From Lenisia limosa (Eukaryota; Protista; Breviatea): DNA of 52,978 nt. The stretch covers positions 1-52,978 of the forward strand of contig LPNZ01009472.1 in NCBI GenBank assembly GCA_001655205.1. Direction: 5' to 3'. A model generated the notes under the pieces. The model ran no database searches, was not told where the DNA came from, and saw nothing but the letters and a program-made list of their open reading frames with translations. Shown here piece by piece: positions 45,700 to 52,978 of this stretch; position 1 is the first letter of the stretch, and each line of letters begins with the position of its first letter. A program made the translations under genes and the position numbers.

Positions 45700-48600
45700 C
45701 TCTACAGCCAAGCAGAGTTTGGAGATGAAAGACAGCTCTCTTTCAGCTGTATCAGCTTCAAGTACTGGGGAGAGTATCTTTATTTTTGACCATCGTTGTC
45801 ATTTTTGCTTGATTGTTTTTATTGTGGGTAAAATCTCATGCAGTAGCATATAAGCAATGCCGACAAGTGGAGGCAATACACTGTCGTAGGAACAAGGAGA
45901 GTAACCGAAAGAAGAAGGCGCATAGTGCTTCTAGGCGACTGGTGGGCAGGAGTCGTTTGTCCTCTCTTCACAAAGATGATATTGAAGCAAATTATCATTG
46001 AATAGATTGGAAGGCATGAACGACTTCTGCGAATTGTTGGGATGGCAATCCCGCTCTCTCAATCGGACCAGCGCTACTTAGTGGAAGACGAAGGCTCCCT
46101 GTAAGTTGCCTCATTGTTTGTTCCGTACAAGACTGAAGATATAAATGAATCTTAAATGTCTAAATATCGATGTTTTTACCTGTCTTTACCAGACTGATAA
46201 AAGCATGTGTTGGTTTTATTAGCGTTTTTTCAAGACAGGTGTAAATATTACCTTAGTCCACATGGGTTGTATTATGGTACATTGAAGGATGAATCGGGCT
46301 TTTAATAATAGCAATACTGTTTTATTCAGGATAACCCTTTGCATTTTCTACTTCATATTTCGACTGTTCATTATGCTTACACTGCAGTGTGGAGTGGGAT
46401 ACTGACAAGGGAACGAAAATTGATAGGTTTGATTGTTTGACATTTATTGTCTTCTTTTTTTTTAATCTGCGCATATCTTATTTAGATATCATTCAAGCCG
46501 TCAGCTCTCATCCTTACAGATTTGATGGACGTGCTTTGTTGGACTTTTACAGAGAACCAAACCCCCAGCAAAGGTGTGTGTTACTCTCACCAAATCATAT
46601 GGGTTTTTTCTGCGGTACAATTAATTCCTCAGAGGATCTTTTTTTGTCCCCAGAGGATCTTTAATGTGAAATAAAATATTTGGAGCTTTTTTTGTTCCAA
46701 ACATTTTCATCTGCCCGCACCCCATTTGACTGAATAGGAAAGCGAAAGTTGAGGATTGTGACGAGGAGCAGTTGGAGTTTGAACGATGGCGATCAATTAT
46801 CGAATCAGCTGTGCGATACAAACGTATGGGGGGGGGGGNNNNNNNNNNNNNNNNNNNNNNNNNNNNNNNNNNNNNNNNNNNNNNNCAAACTAGACCCCTT
46901 GGACCGAATTGAACAAGTTGAAGATGGAATCGATCGCCTGATCAAGTGGGAGCAAGACAAGATGAAGAACAAGTTGCCGGTAAGAGGTACCTGTCTTTGA
47001 TTACTTGTACATATATATATGTTCCTAATTTTGCTGGAAACCTTTTGATTTTTCTGATTGTTAGGATTCGGAAGAGTATTTGAAAGCTAGCAAAATGACC
47101 TCACAACATGATCGACAGGCCAAAAACAAGTAAGATGTGGAATTGATACTCTCTTTTTCGCCTTTTTATTGGTTGTGCTCTCTTATTGGTACTGTTGAAA
47201 TGTGGCATTAATTCCTTAGGCCAGAACCAGGTACAGGAAAGTTCGCTGCTGTTGCTCCGAAGTACACAGCGGAAGATGATGAGGAGGAGTACTACGCGAA
47301 TGACGAGGAGTTTGATGGAGACTGTGAGGGGTGTTACCTTCGATTAGAAGGGCTTTCTTTACTGACTTTATCACCGAATAAATATGAAACACAAAGACAA
47401 AGGATTCAAAAAGGTTGTATGCATATGATATTGTATACCATTGCCTTTTATATGTGAGGTAAACTGAAGTAGTACTATATTTCTTGCACATGACCGTTCT
47501 GTTCTGACCCTTTCAGACGCGGAAGCTGACAACTTCATCGCACCAAGTAAGTCTCAGTTCAGACCGAAAAGATAGAGTTAATTCAGCACAATTACTACTT
47601 TCTCTATAGCCTCACCACCTTTAGCTTCTGGAGCGCACAAAAGCCATCTTGATAACAGGTAAGCCTTGCTTTCATTGTTTCCTACTTGGGCTTCCCTGCG
47701 GCCCCAAAGACTGAATTTCTCAAAAAAATCCTTGATAAATATCTATATTCTACCGGACTTTTTCGCCAGTTGGGACAATTGTGAATAGGCTTAGGGGACA
47801 GTAGAAGGAACATTGATGAAGTTTCAGACTTGCGGAGAAGGCCCGGCAGATGGACAAGTTTGCCGACTTGGACGAGTCGTCTTTCTTAAACGTGGGTCTT
47901 ACAGTGTCTCTTTTTCTAGCACATCTGTAATAATTAAACAATTGAGTTGTAATATAAAACCAAACTTGCAGGGGTGAGATCCATAACATTAATGGTGTTC
48001 TTCAAAAGGTTTCGCAACTCAATGACCTCAGATGGATGTCGGAAGTCGACACAAACGAGCCGACCATATTGACAACGTGGCCAAGGAGTACGGTGTCCGG
48101 GACTACTCCATTCTCTTCATTGAGGATGAGCGCAATGGTGCAGGGGGGTAGATTCTTCCTTTATCAATGTGGTGGATACTATGTCTCACAAGGACTCCTA
48201 CTGGTCTGTGTATTAGATCTCATTTCTTCAGTTGAACTAGGGCGAAACAGCGCTTATTTGAAGACAGTGTGTGGGTTTAAACATGATATTCAAAGACTGC
48301 CAATCTTAGAATATTTGTCTTGTACAACCTAGAAACAACTCTTCTTTAATATGCTGTAATGTTACTGAATGACTTGTTGTGACGGCACAGGCATCGAAGG
48401 CTGAGAAGAGAGAGCAGCGTGCTCATGATAGTTCTCAGTACCGGAGGATGGTCATGAAGGGAGGTCAGTAGGGTATTTATATATATTGCTATTCATTTAG
48501 CACAATCATTGGCGATTCGGAGGTGGAAGGAGCTTCGGTCTGAAATGCCAGAATATCAATATTTATCAATATTTTGAAAACGTGGAGCACAGGTGATATT

Positions 48601-50397
48601 TGTAATTCTCAGTCCCACATAACTTGCCACGCTAAACCACATAGAAGACCTCTCCGATTGGCGGCCTTCATGGTCGGACGAGAAGAAAGCCGACCCCGTA
48701 AGGGAGAGGAAAAGAGAACTGGAACAAGTGGGCCTCTTTAGTCATAATATAGGACTGTTTTGTTCAACCCTTTTACTCTAGTTATTCACTGCTCAGGACT
48801 ACGACTCAGTGATAGAACCATCAGTGGTGAGTCTCCAGCTCATTCATCAGAGGGTTCTTATGTTTTTTTCTCTCCTTTATTTCCTTTTGTGATTCCAAGA
48901 TCTTACATCGGACTATGTAGCGTAAAACCGAGTTTATCAGTAACATTGAAGTTACACAGCCAACGACAGTCGAAGAGTGGGGACTTAGTATCAGTTAGCC
49001 GCGAATATGTACATTATGCACTAGAAAGTCTTGTAAACAATTACTGTTGTGATTATAATATCACCGTTTGCACTTGGTACCTCGCATAATTAGTTTATTT
49101 CTCTCTTGACACGGAATCACAATTCAGGGACTTTGATGAACTCCCAGAGGGGCCCTCCCTTCGTCCCACCATCACAGCACAATTACAAGCCAAAAAGTGG
49201 GGGAAACTGGCCAACATCTAAATTTTACCGTTTTTATTGTGGCACTTGTGTTTCAAAACGGAATTGCACATTTTTGTTTTCGTCTCAAAGATACAATCTA
49301 TGTTGTCACACCACAGACAGCGTGAAAAACGACAACTTGACCGTGACCGTACGAAGGAGGTGCTGCAGACTAAGAAACTGACACCCTTGGAACGACTGAA
49401 ACTTAAGACTCAGGCGGCCCTACATAACACCCGTTTGGGGGTTGTAATTGTGAAATGGTTCCATTTCTCAAAAATTATTGAGGAGTTGTCGCTCTGAATA
49501 CTAGGGGGTGTTGTTACAATAGTAATGATAAACACTGTGACAGTTTTTTTACTTTACCACCCAGATAAGAAGGGTAAAGAGAAGGAGAAGAAGCGGTTGC
49601 TTACCGACGCGCATGGCGCAATTGAACGCCAGCAAGCATATTTGGTAGGCTTGTTCTTTTGGCTATGGGGTACCGTCATAAAGCTTGAGGATAAACAAAG
49701 TTCTTAGAGATAGACTGAAGAGTGTTGTGAATAGGTGCTACTTGTAGTATTTTACGAGTACATATCGTATATCATACATTTTAATAATCATTTATCATAT
49801 GATGTGTACTATGTTATATAGTACATAGTACACATAATGTAGTATATGTATATTAAATGACGCATATGATATACTATTACTACAAAGTTAGATAAGCTAA
49901 TACAAGCACACATTGTATTATTTTGTTGAATAAGATGGAAGTGAAATACGACATTACGCCCCCCTCGGCATTATTCTTGATTACCCCGACCGGCGTGGGC
50001 TTTTTTGTGTTTCCCAAATGCGGGGCCATTAGAGTTGATTTTAGGCTCTTTTTTTTGTTTCAATTATCCAATTTTACCCCCAGAAATCAGCAGCTGAAGG
50101 CCGAAAGCCAACAATCGACCGAGACGAGGAGCTGCAGAGGGAGCAAGCCAACTACCTGAGTTTGTCTACTCATTACCGGTCTTGATTCTTTAGGAAACCA
50201 GCACACCGTTTCAATACAGCAGAACTTCGACCATAGTGATTTCCTTCGAAGTAATGTCAGAGGGGAGGGTTATTGCGAGTAGTCATGTTGTTATTGGAGT
50301 GTCAATATTGACTTTTTAGGCTAAGAAGGCAGCGCGTTTCAAGGAGCGAGATTTTGAGCGATGGGGAGAGTACGGTGACGGCCACCATAGGGGTTGA
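45700..50397 (+). CDS. CLASRP: CLK4-associating SR-related splicing regulator (CLASRP/SFRS16; SWAP N-terminal DRY_EERY domain), multi-exon
   Basis: LLRIVG...VEWDTDKGTKIDRFDGRALLDFY, EQLEFERWRSII, GKFAAVAPKY, IDNVAKEYG, RKTEFISNI and the C-terminal KKLTPLERLKLKTQAALHN match recalled CLASRP motifs in order. Last exon AKKAARFKERDFERWGEYGDGHHRG*. The start is approximate. Confidence 0.8.
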
Positions 50398-50467
50398 AAT
50401 TAAAATATTTTGATATATTTCAAAAATATATAATATACAGAACTGATCCCCAATAAATAACTCGACA

Positions 50468-52978
50468 CTACTCCACCCATCCAAGAGACCGCGTGACAGC
50501 CTTGTGCCAACCCTCAGTGTCCTTTTTTCTTGACTCCGCGGATATGGTGTTACTGTAGCGCTTGACTGGCATGGAGTTGAGCACTGTCTTCAGCTCTGCG
50601 GAATAAGGTCAAGGGAATTGTCTAGCCATGCAATTAGTTGCCATCATAACAAAAGAGCGGGAGGGTGCATAGAAAACAGGCAGCAAAGCAATAAGGGGTC
50701 CCACCGGAAGTGTCTTTCCAGAAACCAACAGCAAGACCCGCAGCAAAGCCAGCGCCGAGAGCAGTCAACTCTGGCATGGCAGGACGGACTATAGCGTCAG
50801 TTGAATTGTGTGTGTGTGTGGGTGAATGTGATTGTAGTTGTGAAAGCCATTTCATTGCGTAAACAAAAAAAAAACATAAAGATGAGGTCAGATTTTTTGC
50901 TTGTTGTGAAACAAGGATCAAAAATACAATCTGATAAAACATAATACCGGAGTGCCAAGGCGCTCACCCAAATCAATACCCAGGAGGTCAGCTTGTCTTT
51001 GCATCAGAATCTCGTTCCTAGTCATGCCACCTTTATAGTCATGAACACAGGGACATACTTAGCATTTCTTGATTATTGTTATGGCGGCATACCGTCAACT
51101 TGAAGGAAGTTCAGAGACCTATCAATGTCCTTTTCCATTGCATCCAGCACCTAGGAATGTGTCACTGGTTTCAGCAGCAAAAGTGGAAATCTCAGAGAAG
51201 GAATGAACAAATAGAAAATGATCAAACCTCCTTGGTTTGGAAGCAAGTTGATTCGAGTACAGCTCTTGCAATGTGACCCTTGTTGGAGAATTGGGTCAAG
51301 CCACAGAACACACTGAACAATGTCACAAAGATATTGGCAACGAAGCCCACCTCCTCTTATGTGAAAACAAACAACCATTAGCACCATCCCCCCACCNNNN
51401 NNNNNNNNNNNNNNNNNNNNNNNNNNNNNNNNNNNNNNNNNNNNNNNNNNNNNNNNNNNNNNNNNNNNNNNNNNNNNNNNNNNNNNNNNNNNNNNNNNNN
51501 NNNNNNNNNNNNNNNNNNNNNNNNNNNNNNNNNNNNNNNNNNNNNNNNNNNNNNNNNNNNNNNNNNNNNNNNNNNNNNNNNNNNNNNNNNNNNNNNNNNN
51601 NNNNNNNNNNNNNNNNNNNNNNNNNNNNNNNNNNNNNNNNNNNACGCCTGCACCAGCAATGGCAACGCTTCCCTGGAGGGTCACTCTTGAGGCTCAAATC
51701 ACAAGCTGCAGCAGGTTTAACGCTTTTTTTTACTAGAGATCAAGCTGGCTAAGAGCAGATTGATACTACTCAGTAAGAATTGTCAAGGCAGGGGGGAGGG
51801 GGGGGGGGGGCTGATATATCNNNNNNNNNNNNNNNNNNNNNNNNNNNNNNNNNNNNNNNNNNNNNNNNNNNNNNNNNNNNNNNNNNNNNNNNNNNNNNNN
51901 NNNNNNNNNNNNNNNNNNNNNNNNNNNNNNNNNNNNNNNNNNNNNNNNNNNNNNNNNNNNNNNNNNNNNNNNNNNNGCAACTGTTGTGAGGAGACCCGCG
52001 TTGGACGTGATTGGAGTGTTGCCACTGTTGACCAACATGAAACAGCCGGTTCCGTAGCTGAGGGGTTATGATCTGAGGAGGGGCAAAATCAACCTGCACA
52101 ACAAGCTGCTGGCATCAATGTCATACGTGTTTTTGGCGTCGCCTGGGCTGAGACACGCCTGGCCAAGGAGGGCGGCCTGCTGGTCACCGACACACTAAAG
52201 AGTAAACATCCTGTGTAATGTATATAGTTTATGATATCATATCATATGCATTGTGTATTATAGTATAAGTGACTTTATGTACACGTACATATGTATGTTA
52301 TAGATCAGCACCAGAAAGGTGAAAATATAACAGCTGTTAAAAAGCACAGTTTAATCTATCAAAAAAAAAAAAACATAACAGTATCTATTAGAGCAGCTGT
52401 ACCATCTAGTGTGTCTATTTTATTTTTTGACTCCTCCCCCACGCCAGCGATAGGAAGGCCCTTGAGGTTGTTGGAAGTAACCTCACCGTACACCTGATGA
52501 TTAGAATCGCAATACAAGGGCTTGTCAACTCCACGTGGGAATAATCAAATGATATGCATATGATATGTATATATTACATTAAAAAGTACGATCTTATATG
52601 TGTGAGAGAGCATGACCATATCCCCCACTTCGGATGAGGATTTGATTTCAGGCAACTGGACTGACTCGGGAATACCAATCATCCTGGTAAGTGAGAAACA
52701 AATACAAAATAATTGGAAAGAGATATGGTAGTGGAGACTTGAAAACAATATTGAATCGGCGCCACGAGCAACCCACTCCTTGAGTTCCTTTGACCATTGG
52801 CATGTTTTGAGGTCCATCAGAGCGTAGCGCGAGGCGTTGGAGACGTCCGTCACAAACTTGCCCCCGTTGACACTGCCGGTGAGGTTCTAGACTGTGATAA
52901 GGGGAGAAGCGTGCTTCATTTTGGATAGAAAATCTAGCAAGATATTCATTCAGTATTGGTAACAGAAGTGAAGCCCAA
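50468..52978 (-). CDS. GK: Glycerol kinase (FGGY family); the 5' part lies beyond the window and several exons fall in N-gaps
   Basis: [146 protein letters not shown] (TAG at 50468). Confidence 0.96.

Noticed and set aside
47790-48460. Separate protein disulfide isomerase fragment (VAKEYGVRDY)
   Set aside because: There is no CxxC motif, and the exons splice in phase into the CLASRP model.

Overview
Gene-dense, intron-rich eukaryotic (probably protist) nuclear DNA from a gapped draft assembly. It uses the standard genetic code and GT-AG introns mostly about 40-150 nt long; the organism cannot be identified from the window. I reconstructed about 17 spliced genes by hand. Recognisable ones: a Dispatched/Patched-family RND transporter, SF3B6/p14, HAT1, an MDH1-type malate dehydrogenase with an apparent mitochondrial presequence, RPL19, a TMEM163-like CDF metal transporter fused to a metallothionein-like Cys-pair repeat domain, BRX1, a divergent ART/PARP-like + double B-box protein, CLASRP and glycerol kinase (5'-truncated). 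The rest are orphans, including a 16-Cys, probably GPI-anchored surface protein with ribosomal-protein-like codon bias. Non-coding features: a TA-flanked MITE of about 300 bp, degenerate repeats and a repeat-rich gapped region. Gene orientation alternates almost perfectly across the window. No rRNA, tRNA or CRISPR array was found. Gene models are manual and cross N-gaps, so some boundaries (especially in orphans) are approximate, and no database search was possible.
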